Shown here piece by piece: positions 29,272-43,048 of a DNA stretch of 64,000 bases (position 1 is its first letter; every line of letters begins with the position of its first letter). Source of the stretch: Octopus vulgaris (Eukaryota); assembly GCA_951406725.2 (NCBI GenBank), contig OX597820.1, positions 12,462,001 to 12,526,000 of the forward strand, in the 5' to 3' direction. The notes beneath the pieces were generated by a model. It searched no databases. It saw only the letters and a list, made by a program, of their open reading frames with translations, and had not been told where the DNA came from. The position numbers were made by a program, and so were the translations under genes.

Positions 29272-30260
29272 AACATTTTTGAGTACTGTGTGATGTGCAC
29301 CTATTACTTCAGGAATAATCGGACATCCGCAATCTCCTCAGCACTCTGGCTAGATCCTGGTATTTCTCAACTTTTTTATATCTTTTGTATCGACTCTGCT
29401 ATCACAGAGAATTGCAATATCTCTGGCCTTGCACTGTTTGTTAATTTTATCCTCTATAATCAGGTCTGGTTTTCTTGCCGCAATATTGTCATTAGTCTTT
29501 ATGGCGAAGTCCCACAAGGTCTTGTAATTCTCATTTTCTATCACAGCCTCTGGTGCGTGTTCCAACCACTTTTCTATAATGTTGAAACTACACACTCGGT
29601 TAATATCCCAATGCACTCTTTTGCCTATACAGCCACGCCTGCCCTTGTATTCCTTTTGTGCTAGTATAGTGCACTCACTCAAAATTGGTACCCTTTTCTC
29701 TGTTGTTGCGGTTCCTACATTTGCTGTCTCACTGAGATTTTCGATCTTTGGCTTTATCAGATTTATGCTAATGGCTTGTCGTGAACGGATATAATTAACA
29801 TTTCTCTTTCTTGTTTCAAGTTCCCTTCCGTCAACTAAATCCAGCAGGCTTCCCTTCCAGCATTTTCACTTTTGTTACATGAACTGGTTATGCAGTTCCA
29901 TTTTTTCCATGTGTTCATTTTGTTGGTCTTCCTTTTCTCTCTGATTTCCAATTCTGTCAGTCACTTTTTGGGCATCTCTGGCTTCTGAAAGAATTCTATC
30001 TTTTCTCTCCACGACATGGCATTTCAGACTCAGCATCGCAATAGTAATAGTTTCTACCATTTCCTTTCTTGAAAGACAGAGTCGGTCTGTATTACGTATA
30101 GGATGGATTGCATTCTGCATTGTTAGGACCATTCTGGTACATCCATTTAAAAGATGCAACTCAATTCTGGGAAGTGTAACTCAATAATGGCATTGCCCAC
30201 GTATTTATGGCTTTACTGATGTTTCCTCAATTTATTTTTGTTTCGAGCACCTTCCTAATT
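29272..30260 (-). mobile_element. R4/Dong-like LINE fragment (RLE domain)
   Basis: ORF 29350-29682 reads SECTILAQKEYK...VHW...WLEHAPEAVIENENYKTLWDFAIKT...RKPDLII...DIAI. Confidence 0.85.
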
Positions 30261-30277
30261 CTCCTTTTCAAATATCC

Positions 30278-30332
<55 letters not shown>

Positions 30333-30393
30333 CATCATCATCATCATCATTATTATCATCATCATTATCATCGTCATCATCATAATTATCATT

Positions 30394-30434
<41 letters not shown>

Positions 30435-31009
30435 TATCATTATTATTATTATCATTTTAATTTTAACTCAGAATAACGGGCATTTTAGTATAAATCAATA
30501 AATATTATTATTCTTATCATTATCATCATCAACAATCATATTCACAATAATAATACTATGAGCCAGAAGGTTAATAAAAAATATAACAGCATCAACATCA
30601 CCACCAACAAGAACAACAACAGCCAAACAACAACAATAATTATAAAAAAATAAATATAACAATGTCCTCAAAATCACAATAAAATTCATCACGACAATTA
30701 TTAATATGGTTATTATTACAGACATTATCATAATTAGTGTTAGTAAAGACATTCAAAATAAACATTTATATTCCATCATTATGGAATTAGAATGCTTAAT
30801 ATCCATTTATGCATAAGCACATTAAACCTGGAAAATACTGATATGGATATTATGTGAATAATCACATCCGAATAGAAGTGTCGATCCCACCTTCCTTCGC
30901 ATACGCACCGAGATCTACAAGTGTAAACTATCTCTCAGTTCTCTTGCTGGCAGAAAAATTCCATTTTAAAAAATATGTAAACACTATACATACACACACA
31001 CACACATAC

Positions 31010-31063
<54 letters not shown>

Positions 31064-31541
31064 ATATATGTATGTATTTGTAAGTATATATATATATATA
31101 TATATATTTGTATGCAATTATATACGCATATATATCTAAATATGTATCTATGAAAATACATGTAAACATACATATATATGTATATAATATATATATATGT
31201 ATGCATATATGTATATATTTATGTATATACATGCTCCACATGCAATAGTTTATACTCTTAGACTAGTTTGCAGGTTCTGGATTTCAGAAGAGTATTTCAT
31301 ATCAGGATCATTGAGCCTCCTCAGCTGAAGTGATTAGCATGCATGAGATACTGTACACATTTTGTCGGCCAATTAACACGACTGATGTGCAACTAGTGTG
31401 AGTCTGCTTGCGAGCAAATACACAAATTCAGAGAACTAACAGATGCAGGGTGCATTCTGTGATGTAAACTAGTCGGAGTACCATATGCAATATGCACATA
31501 TATAAATATATGCGAGCATAAACCCATGGATACATATGTAC

Positions 31542-31593
<52 letters not shown>

Positions 31594-31842
31594 ATATATA
31601 TATATATATATGCACACAGACATATATATACGTTATATATATATATATATATATATATATTCCTGTATATGCATGTATATGTATATTCACATATACACTT
31701 AAATATATGAATGCATGCACGTACGTGAGCGTGTGTGTGAGAGATCCTTAGCGCCATAGATATTCTTCCGAAGTAATTATCAAACTAGATTTGAAGCCAT
31801 AAACTAATTGACATAGATATATACATCCCCATATATTTATAT

Positions 31843-31895
<53 letters not shown>

Positions 31896-32793
31896 CATAT
31901 ACATACATAACACCCCTTATAAATATAAATATATATGTGCATATATATATATATGTACATATATATATTAACAGAAAATATAAGTACACTTATAGATATA
32001 TAATTATATACAAACACCCACACACTTACATGTGCAGATCTGCATTATACATATATATATACACATACATATGTGTATATATATGCATATAGCAGGTATA
32101 TACATGTATGCGTGGATATATTGTATGTATATATACAAATATGTGTGTGTATTGGAGATAAATATGATTTTTATCAAATACCTCAAGAAGTACCTAATTA
32201 TTTGGAACGAAATTATGCTGTGTTTTTCAATGTCGGCATGCATGTGTTTGGTGTTATGATTTTGTTTCTTTGGTACTTTACCCGTATTATTAATACACAT
32301 ATTTATCCTTCCGTACATACACACACAATAAACCAGTTAACATATATACATACATATATGTATATTATTATTAATATATATATATATATAAACATATATA
32401 ATATTGTATATATATATATATATATACATATATATAGGTAGATATATATATACATATAAATATGTATATATATTTGTGTATGTATGTGTGCGCGAATTAA
32501 TATGTGTATACATAACTTTTTTGGTTTAATTTCGTGTGGTTTTGTGTTGCCAGTGAAAATTGATTTTTTAAAATTTCTATTCTGTGTATTTTATATTTCT
32601 AATGATGTGATTCGCATTACTAATTTGTAATATTGAAGAATATGAAGATAAAGATTTCAAAAAAAGTATAGACATGAAGTAATTGTAAAGTGTAATAACA
32701 TACAATAAATAATTATTAACATATAAGTATTTCTCATTCCAAACAAATATTCAGAAAAGTCAATACATACGTATGTATTTGGATATAAAAATA

Positions 32794-32859
<66 letters not shown>

Positions 32860-33034
32860 TATAAATATATACATATATACATATATAAACATACACATAT
32901 TTATATTTGTATGTATGTGTATATATATGCATTTATTCCAATAAATATATGTATATACATATATGCATTTACATACATGTATATAAATACATATACATAT
33001 ATATATGCATATATATGTACATATACAAACATAC

Positions 33035-33112
<78 letters not shown>

Positions 33113-33407
33113 GTATATCACATACCATAGGCAGTTCACAAAATGTCGCAACACTTCAATGAGCAGCACTAGCGTTAGGACCAGCAGCAATAAATTTAAA
33201 TTTTGAAAAAATGAAACGTCTTCATCAGATCCAAATGCCAAAAAATGACTGGTCAAATATATGTGCGTGGATGTGTGTGTGAGTGTGTGTGCACGTGCAC
33301 ACGTGTGTGAGTGTGTGTGTGTGTGAGGGGTTGTGTGTTTGGCAACATTTGTAAGTGTGTTTTCGTATATATCTTTTTGAAAATTTGTCTCATTCATGGG
33401 ATATATT

Positions 33408-33756
33408 TATATAAAAGACAAGGATTCAAAATTTTACATCTCACATACCGTCAATATGTGAGATGTAAAATTTTGTATCCTTGTCTTTTATATATATATA
33501 CATATACATAAAAGACAGGGATACAAACTTTTCCATTTCATATACCGTCATCATGAGATCTTGCTTCATCTTGTAGGAAAAACTCTGTCTGCGATATCAG
33601 TATTTTCCTAATTTATTTCTGGTTCATTTGGAATTTTTAATTCTAATCATTGTGTTTAATCATGGCGAAAATAATGTGTGTCTGTATCAATTGTTAGAAG
33701 TTTCTTGTTCTTTTCGTCACGCTATAGAGAAAGAACATCAGCTGACTGTCGTTCTG

Positions 33757-33760
<4 letters not shown>
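33408..33760. repeat. Palindrome (40-bp arms) followed by a direct copy of one arm that continues into a (TA)n-bounded element
   Basis: Arms 33408-33447 and 33455-33494; a third, diverged copy at 33509-33550. Confidence 0.8.
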
Positions 33761-33791
<31 letters not shown>

Positions 33792-34904
33792 CTAATTTAT
33801 AATTTTAAATGCCCTAATTTATATTTAGAATCCCTATTTTATAATTTATAAATATATATATATATATGTGTGTGTTTGTGTGTGTATGTGTGTGTGTGTC
33901 CTTAGCTTGAAGCCGTATAATGTCTTGGTAAAATCGATAGGACTCTAAATTATAAAAAAAACCTTCTGATATTTAGAGCTGTTATTTACATAGTGAGCTC
34001 CAGTACCACCACTATCCTGTTTCCATTAAACAACAACTCCTCAAATACTGGGGTAAATTAGTTCTTATTGACTCTCTTTCCGGGATCGTAGAAATACGTA
34101 AAGTTTGCTTTTTTCGACCTGGGATCGATGTCTTAGTTATTCCTGCCCTTTGGAAATTCGTGATTTTCTTTCACTTCAAATTTGATTGGATAGAACAACC
34201 GTACATCATTGGCACTATATTTTATAGTGTCCCGATGGATTCGAATTTGGAGCCTGATACAAGCAATCAATCTGAAAGTAGTTTCTCTAATTAGATCAGC
34301 TGAGAGGTATCGAGTGAAAAACAAGGAAACTGCTCAAAATGCATTTCTATTCCGGTCTGAACAAGCGATACTGAAGAAAAGCACAGATGGGTGAAGAGGT
34401 TTCGGAAGAAGAGAACACAAGTCTATATCTGGAGGGAAAAGAAATAATATGTCTGTAGCAGGTAATAAGCGAAGGACTATTTGCATAGTCACAGAATCCA
34501 AAGCGAGAAAACTAAAAACAGAAAGAGTGAAAATCAAACTTTGAATGAAAGAAGAAACCTCACTTAAAATGGCTTAAAAAACATAAGCGAGATACTCGAT
34601 GACAAACACAACTGGGCCTGTCTAGAGAAAAGGATACTGAGAAGGGAACTCTAAGGGATTGAAGCATAAGAAGAGAACCTAAGGGGAATCAGGATAAAAT
34701 GAACGACGGTCCAGCAAATGTTGAAATTTACAATGATTCAGATGACATCATAGCTAGAAATATTCAAAGTTAACTCAGAAAGTATATAAACATTGTAGGG
34801 GGGTTAAGTTTACAGCGACAATCCACCGGAACGTTTACAGGAATTTGCTTTTTCATACAATTTGGCGTTGTTCTTAACAAACAGTTATTTGAAGTCGGAA
34901 AAGT

Positions 34905-35192
34905 GCATCATCACGATTATGATCATGATTATCATGATCATGATCATCATCAACAACATCATCATCATCATCAACATCACCATCACCATCATCATCCTCA
35001 TCATCATCATCATCAACAGCATCAACATCATCATCGTCATCATCAACATCATCAACGTCAACATCACCATCACCATCCTCCTCATCATCTACATCACCAT
35101 AATCATCATCATCATCATCATCATCACCACCACCCCCATCATCATCATCATCATCAGCATCGCCATGATCATCATAACCATCGTCGTCGTCG

Positions 35193-35227
<35 letters not shown>

Positions 35228-35228
35228 T
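34905..35228. repeat. (CAT)n microsatellite
   Basis: Seen directly; gives the spurious poly-His, poly-Ile and poly-Met ORFs. Confidence 0.95.
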
Positions 35229-35271
35229 TGTTGTCATCGACATCCCTATCAACATCATTTTAATTAAAGAA

Positions 35272-35433
35272 GGCGCAGGAGTGGCTGTGTGGTAAGTAGC
35301 TTGCTAACCAACCACATGGTTCCGGGTTCAGTCCCACTGCGTGGCACCTTGGGCAAGTGTTTTCTGCTATAGCCCCGGGCCGACCAATGCCTTGTGAGTG
35401 GATTTGGTAGACGGAAACTGAAAGAAGCCTGTC

Positions 35434-35475
<42 letters not shown>

Positions 35476-35672
35476 TTGTGTGTCTGTATTTGTCTCCCTA
35501 GCATTGCTTGACAACCGATGCTGGTGTGTTTACGTCCCCGTCACTTAGAGGTTCGGCAAAAGAGACCGATAAAATAAGTACTGGGCTTACAAAGATTAGT
35601 CCCGAGGTCGATTTCCTCGACTAAAGGCGGTGCTCCAGCATGGCCGCAGTCAAATGACTGAAACAAGTAAAG
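35272..35672 (+). mobile_element. Near full-length tRNA-derived SINE (family B) with internal (TA)/(TG) tract
   Basis: A box gtggctgtgtggtaag, B box gggttcagtccc, CORE-like gcaccttgggcaag. Homologous copies at 53595-53969 (-), ~5490-5680, ~46780-46950 and ~58895-59030. Confidence 0.85.
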
Positions 35673-36157
35673 AGAGTACACAAATCGACCATCTTTTAAT
35701 TACATCTTACATAATTAGCCAAAGTCCTTCTGAAATCAGTTTCGACCTTCACCTTTCCGGCCAACACAAAATTTAGTGCCGATAAAATAATCTTGTGGAC
35801 TACTTCGACTCTTTCTTTGCCTTTATATTATTACTTTAATTGTCCAAATTATATATATATATATATTATATTTTCATATGCAAATACCATATTATTTGTC
35901 GACTTGATTTTGTGTAGGAAAATTGATTACTGAACAAAAATATGAAATAATTTTGTGTCTTTGTACACACAAACACACACACACACACGTACACACACGC
36001 ACGCAAACATTTCATACACACACACCCGCACCCATTCCCCTATCCAGAAACCCACGTATGTATATGCACATGTGTGTGTATGTGTGTGTGCGTGTGCGAG
36101 TGTGTGTATACGTGTGCGTACTTGTGTGCATATATAAATAATTAAATAAATAAATAA

Positions 36158-36188
<31 letters not shown>

Positions 36189-36333
36189 CTTTATTTTAAG
36201 CAGCAGAAAATTCAACAAAATCTGTTACTCTGAGTTTCTCGTTGCCGTTCATCAGACAGTTACTGTCTGATGAACGGCAACGAGAAACTCAGAGTAACAG
36301 ATTTTGTTGAATTTTCTGCTGCTTAAAATAAAG
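36189..36333. repeat. Perfect palindrome (72-bp arms, 1-nt centre) inside a (TA)n-bounded element
   Basis: Arm 36189-36260 is the exact reverse complement of 36262-36333. Confidence 0.97.
36263..36300 (+). ncRNA. Minimal type I hammerhead ribozyme motif, with a mirror copy on the minus strand
   Basis: CTGT-CTGATGA-ACG GCAA CGA-GAAAC TCAGA GTA-ACAG: stem I CTGT/ACAG, complete core, GUA site. There is an A.A mismatch at the base of stem II. Confidence 0.7.
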
Positions 36334-36402
36334 CATATTACTCTACCACTGGTATTTGAGTACTCTTTTTTCCACCTTGTTTCACATTTATGTGTTTACT
36401 CC

Positions 36403-36455
<53 letters not shown>

Positions 36456-38039
36456 ATTAGATAAATATATATATATTCTCTCACGGAACCTTATAAAACT
36501 ACAAGGAATTTAGTTGATTTATGTTTATTTGTAAGTAAAAATATATGTAACGTTGTAAATATTCAAATGAAGTAGAGCGAAATTAATGAAAACATGCATA
36601 AATATATAAATAATTTTCTATCCAATTATTTGGAAGTAAATGATTTCCACCGAAGACTTGCTTGAGAATTTAGTGTTCATATTTAAGATAAAGTTTTTTT
36701 CAATTCATATATTAGACGCATTCTTGTAGCCTCAGCTCCAACATACACACAAATACACACTCATTGGCACTTACAAGCGCTCACATGTGCGTGCATGTTC
36801 TACCACCTACGTTTTTTTTCTTTTTTACCTATTTGTGTAGGTATGAAGATATATTTGCGTATATCTGGACCATTTCAAATTGATATATACCAACATTTAT
36901 AGCATATTACTAGATATTACAAAGAAAGCTCAGTGATTACCGTATGTGTATATTTGTGTATGTGAGTGTCAAATATATTACAGCTAGTATAAAATTAAAT
37001 ATACTGATATGTAGCTCAAAATTAACTAAAGACCTACGTTCCGATATATTCTGAAATACTTTTCTATAAATAAATAAACCACAAGGCATTAAATCCAATG
37101 GGTATCTAATATATACAGTACATTTATTTCTTGTGTGTTTCAGCCATGCGGCTGTGGTCATGCTGGAACTCTATCATGAATTTGGATCTTTTCCACAGCC
37201 TCGTCATACGGTTGATTTCTTCTGCGCCGTGGGATTTCAAACCAGCACTCTTGCATATTGCAGCTTTCATGGTTTATATTTAGTGCATTAGAAAGTTACC
37301 ATTGTCTGTACTTCATGCCGCGACGCTGGTTTATCTGGTATCGTGTATAGAAGAATGCCCAATTTCTTTTTGAGGACATCCATATCTATATTGTGTGGGT
37401 TTCATAATTCTTTTGGTAGAATATTGGAGAGTTGTGAGTCTTTGAAGCCCAAGCTATGGCATTACATGGCCCTCTCTTTAAATGAAGTAGACGGTACTGG
37501 CGTCCAGTAGAGGCATTTGTATAACTCTTGATGCTGTAGTTAGGTAGTTATCCTTCCAGATTTTGTCACACCTAAATTATTATAAATTCCTTGCATCTTC
37601 TCTCTAGGGAGTAAAGTCGTAGATTTGAGGCTCTCCCAAGCGCTCATCGCTGTACTGGGGCAACCTTTTTAGTGTTGTAGCATTGGATTGCTGAAAGCTC
37701 CGCTAATAATTTCACACTACGTAGTGATCACACACTTTTAGAAAATAATTCATGTCTGTCATTGTTCATGACATTATCCTATTAAACATTCATACGTCCC
37801 ATATGCTCATCGACCATGGTCTGGAAGCAGTAAATATGAAGACGTCTATATCTCCTGACAGAATAGCAATAGAATATTTCATTAATTCCAGGTTAATACC
37901 GCATATATTGTAGACTCTCTTGGCGATAACGATAGATAGGTAGTTCTGCAGTTCTTTGCTGGGTGAACTTATCGTGGTCAAATGTTTGCGCTGTACATTA
38001 GCTCTCTCCGTCCATCTCTCCGTCCATCGAATCGGCATT

Positions 38040-38201
38040 GCCTGTACAGTTCTACAGAGTATCGTACATCATATGTGGAAGGTGAGCAACAGAAGCTTAA
38101 CTGTACTATTCAAGAAAATTACGCATCGTCCGATCCGGGAATAGAAACCCCGCTCATGCAATCTTGAGTGCAACATCTAAACCGCTTAACCACGCGCCTT
38201 C
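38040..38201 (-). mobile_element. tRNA-derived SINE head (third family), decayed
   Basis: Reverse strand gaaggcgcgtggttaagcggtttag...ggtttctattccc has A-box and B-box-like spacing. Confidence 0.55.
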
Positions 38202-38397
38202 ATATCGTGTATATAAATATATATGGGCGCGTGTGTGTGTGAGTGTGTGTATATGTGTGTGTATATATATGATGAATCAATGATGAACCGACCAGGCTAT
38301 CAGATGTTGCTACACATCCCTGGTCACAATGCGCTTCGCATTGTTTTAGCCTGGAAATGACGCCACCCCGCTGGCTAAGCGAGCAGGCCAATATATA

Positions 38398-38460
<63 letters not shown>

Positions 38461-38574
38461 GGTACAAGTATACAGGAAAAATATCTTATAAATTATAAAT
38501 TTCATCTCATTGAAATTATTCCCGCTTACATCAACTACGTATTTTCCATAATAAAAACGTATATATTTGGTAGA

Positions 38575-38684
38575 ATAACGACACGCGTTTCGTGGCTATA
38601 TTTAAGAATTGATTATAGTAAAAAGATTAATTAATAGTAGTAGTAAAATCACTTCGATATAAATATAGACACTCATCAGGTTAT
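38575..38684 (-). ncRNA. Type I hammerhead ribozyme with extended stem II
   Basis: Minus strand: ATAAC-CTGATGA-GTGTCTATATTTA...TAAATATAGCCAC-GAAAC GCGT GTC-GTTAT. All core nucleotides are present, with stem I of 5 bp, stem II pairing 12 of 13 positions, palindromic ACGCGT at stem III and a GUC site. Confidence 0.85.
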
Positions 38685-38808
38685 ACAATAATTAATTAAT
38701 AAATATACTTTAATATATATATACATATATATAAGACACTAAATATACATTAAGTGAAAACTAAAAACAATATGAAAATTTTCAATACTTTAAATATAAA
38801 TATGAATG

Positions 38809-38841
<33 letters not shown>

Positions 38842-39280
38842 ATGCGTGTGTGTGCGCGTGTGCGTGTGTGTGTGTGCGTGTGTGTGTCTGCGTGTGTGTG
38901 TGTCTGTGTGTATGTGTTTGTGTATGTATATATATATTGGTCGAGTAAGTCGCTTCCTGGTCTGAATTCCACCTAAAATTGCATAGGATATACACACGCA
39001 TGCAAATACTCTGTCCCACACTTGCACGTACACACATACACGCCCGCACACACACATATACACACACACACATACACACACATACCCGTCCACATAGATT
39101 GATATAATTACATATTTGATTATATGGTGGACAATATTTACAAACTGGTATTCATTTGAAAGACAAAATTAACTTAATCGGAGGAGTATGAACGCAGAAT
39201 GCATGAAAATCCACGAAACCATATCGTTTACTATTTACGTAACTACCTATACATTTATTTATCTATTGCTTGTTATTGTT

Positions 39281-39323
<43 letters not shown>

Positions 39324-39348
39324 GTATATATATGTATTTATATATATT

Positions 39349-39419
<71 letters not shown>

Positions 39420-39444
39420 GTATATATATGTATTTATATATATT

Positions 39445-39482
<38 letters not shown>

Positions 39483-39590
39483 CATATATATATGTATATA
39501 TATTCACACATGCGCGCGCAAACACACGTACACACATACACACTACAAACAGACACATATATGTATGCGTGAGTTAATGTGCTTGTGTGC

Positions 39591-39637
<47 letters not shown>

Positions 39638-40365
39638 CAATGGGGAAGTGGACAAAATATGATGACAATGACAAGAAGGGCAGATGATATATCATTAACA
39701 TATAGGTATTAATGAAATGAAACATTTCTTGCAATCCCTCATTTGTAATCAAAGAGAGAAAATAATCAGAGTATCAGTGGTTGTGACTCTGTTACCCACC
39801 GGCCATTTATGTTTATTCTGTCTGAAACATTAGAATGAACAATCGGTAACAGCATAATTCTGTCAACTCTGATTTTTTCCCCTTGAATTTGCAATGAGGG
39901 CTCTTCCCAAAATGTTATATAATCATTAAACGATACGTGCAAGGTAAGAAAATAACTTTACTCTTTGCCGTCTTTCTTTTTGTCATCAGATTTACATATA
40001 TTGGTAGATATTCATATCTACGTTGCATAAAGGATTTTCAAACAGTTTACACTCCAACATATATGCACACACAAAAACACAGATACAGACTCACACGTAA
40101 GCGCGCGCACACACACTCAGACATACACGCACACGCGTACGCACACGCGTACACACACGTATTTACTACACACACATACACTCACATGTATACACACACA
40201 TATATATAGATATATATACACACATACATTTGAGCGTTGTGAGCGTCTTCGTTTTTATATATATATATACACACACACACACCAACTTCATTGCTCAAAA
40301 ATATTTTCAAATGGTACAAACACACATGTATATATGTATATTATTTGCCTGTGTATATACATCTA

Positions 40366-40445
<80 letters not shown>

Positions 40446-41296
40446 GCATATACATTACTTGTACATATATATACCTGTGGATATGAAAATATGCATTTAT
40501 ACTCATACATACACACATACATGCATACATACATACACATATACATACATATACACATATATATGCACAAGTGACTGTATGAGTGTATATGTTGGTTGTT
40601 TGGAAATACCTTTGTGTAGCGGAGATAGATATAGAAGAATATGTAATGAGACGTACATGTATAATACGTTACACAGGTTGTTAGATGATGCTAAAATAAG
40701 TATAATATTTGGAACTCCGGTTTTGAAATAGAAGAAATGAAATAATCACAGTGTTTGCTGAAATGTGTTGTTACCTAGAAGCTATGCTAGTCTGGCCTTA
40801 TGATACCAGCACGTTTCTCTGACAACTTTGATTATTTTTTTTCTATTTGAAAAGGGGAATCTTTTCCAAAGGACTACATCGGTAGTAAACTACCGATGTA
40901 AGATACGAAAATGTCACTTCTCTTTACGTTCATTTATTGATGTCCAGTAAACATATTTAGACTAATTTTGCTAACTACATTGCTCAAAATATTTATCAAC
41001 ATTTTACACCCTTTACACGCTTTACAATACTTCATGCAATGTGCAATATGAATATATGTATTTTCATATTGATCGGTACGCGGCATTGACAAACGACAAC
41101 AATGATGTAACATCAATGTCTGTCGCTGCGAAAAGAAAAAAAGGATCTGGTGTGCGTTTTCTCACTAGGGTATGACCTGATTTCGGGTGCTTTTACACCG
41201 AGGGCTTACGCCTAAAAACACAGCAGCCCGACAAACTAACAACACACATATCTCGTGAGTGAGTGTTAGATTTTGTTTATATATATGTATATATAC

Positions 41297-41521
41297 TGTT
41301 GTGTCTGGGGAGAGTCATTTTCGTTTTGTGCCTTATAAAGTAACACACTCACCGGTAAAATTTCCACCTTTTTTCTTATTTTAATTTTCCTAAAATTTTC
41401 AAAACTATTGAAAAGACTAAAATTTTAGGAAAATAAAATTAAGAAAAATAGTGGAAATTTTACCGGTGAGTGTTTTACATTATAAGGCACAAAAAGAAAA
41501 TGACTCTCCCCAGACACAACA
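41297..41521. repeat. Inverted repeat (~100-bp arms, ~19-nt spacer) between TA tracts
   Basis: tgttgtgtctggggagagtc...cctaaaatttt is mirrored by aaaattttagg...gactctccccagacacaaca. Confidence 0.9.
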
Positions 41522-41577
41522 AAATGTGCTTCAACACACGAACTCATATAAAGAATCTTGCAACTCAAATCCCAAAA

Positions 41578-41647
<70 letters not shown>

Positions 41648-41814
41648 ATACGTGTGTGTGTGAGCATGTACGTGTACAACGGTATCAGCGCTAAACATTC
41701 ATTAGGCATGTGTTAATTTAAAATATGTTTGTGATACATTTCAACTTGTAAAGGCTGCTTACCAATGACAAAAAGTGTTGATATATACTTAAGCAAGCGC
41801 ATAAATATAACTAT

Positions 41815-41845
<31 letters not shown>

Positions 41846-41928
41846 TCTATATATATATATATTAGTAATGGTATGGCAGCAAAAGAATGAATGAGATGTC
41901 GATATTATGTAAATAGAGGAATTTATCT

Positions 41929-42145
41929 GTAATATAATGTGACAATTATTCGGTTGCCATAATGAAACTCCGAGTTTGGGATGTCGGGGCGGACATCTGC
42001 TCCGGCATCTCATCAGTTATTAAGAAAATTTTAAAAATGCTCATTTTTTTATTGTCTTAATAACAAACGAGGTCCCGGAGCAGATTTCCACCCAAATATC
42101 CGAAATTCGGAGTTTCATTTTGGCAACCGAATAATTGTCACATAT

Positions 42146-42148
<3 letters not shown>
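41929..42148. repeat. Inverted repeat (~100-bp arms) containing decayed hammerhead-like cores
   Basis: Arms match (atgtgacaattattcggttgcca / tggcaaccgaataattgtcacat). The left arm on the minus strand has CTGATGA...CAAACTCGGAGTT; the right arm has CGAAATTCGGAGTT. Confidence 0.8.
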
Positions 42149-42237
<89 letters not shown>

Positions 42238-43016
42238 TGTATGTGTGTATGTTTGTATGTAAATATGTATGACTGTATGCGCATATGTTTATATTAATAA
42301 CTGTAAACTGAATAGGTATAATATGAACAGGTGGCATTCGCTGAACATTTAAGAAATCATTTCACAAGCGTAAATATGCTTTTACGCTTATCATGTGTAT
42401 TCGTATTGTGTGTTTGTTATCGTGATTATTTTCTAGGTAAAATTTAGCAAGCATTTCATTTATATCAAATATCGTCAGCAGGATTGGCTTTTTGTAAAAA
42501 TTAGTTGAAATTTATATTTATTATTATGAAGTAATAGTGTTCCGATTTGAGGAATATACATAATTAGCTTGTAATGTTAGCCTAACATCATATAGTAAGT
42601 CATTATCTGGGGAGTAAATAAGTTTTATCGGTTATACTGACATCAATACCTTATATTATTTTCTCCATATTCTTAGTGATGTATATTAAATAATTCAGCA
42701 AGCTATTATACATAATTCCACCTTGCTGCTTACATATCGCGCTGGTTTACACAGCTATAAAAAGTAGCATATAAATTGTGCGAATAGTTTTTGCTATTAC
42801 GTCACTAACATTGCTGCCTATACTTACGCTAATGCTGCATATAATTGTCTAATAATTAACTATAATTTTAATACATTCCATTACGTAATCATTTTCTCAT
42901 ACATTAATACACAAACACATATTCTGAGGTTCTGAGGTCTCATATGTAATGTAGCACTCTCTATATTACTTTAAAACTGCCTTACAGATGAGACACATGA
43001 CTCATATATATGTATG

Positions 43017-43048
<32 letters not shown>

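Noticed and set aside
31255-31330. Minus-strand CTGAGGA-GGCTC...GAACC-TGCAAAC-TAGTC hammerhead-like remnant
   Set aside because: The GAAA segment is broken and stem I is not convincing; too degenerate to call.
34862-35295. Poly-His, poly-Ile and poly-Met ORFs
   Set aside because: Translations of a (CAT)n microsatellite that is open in several frames; no splice or coding context.
35272-35345. tRNA gene
   Set aside because: The A and B boxes belong to a SINE head that continues into a repeat body; no proper cloverleaf.
39175-39232. CGGAGGA-GT...AC-GAAAC-CATATC hammerhead-like remnant
   Set aside because: The core and stem III have several mismatches and could arise by chance.
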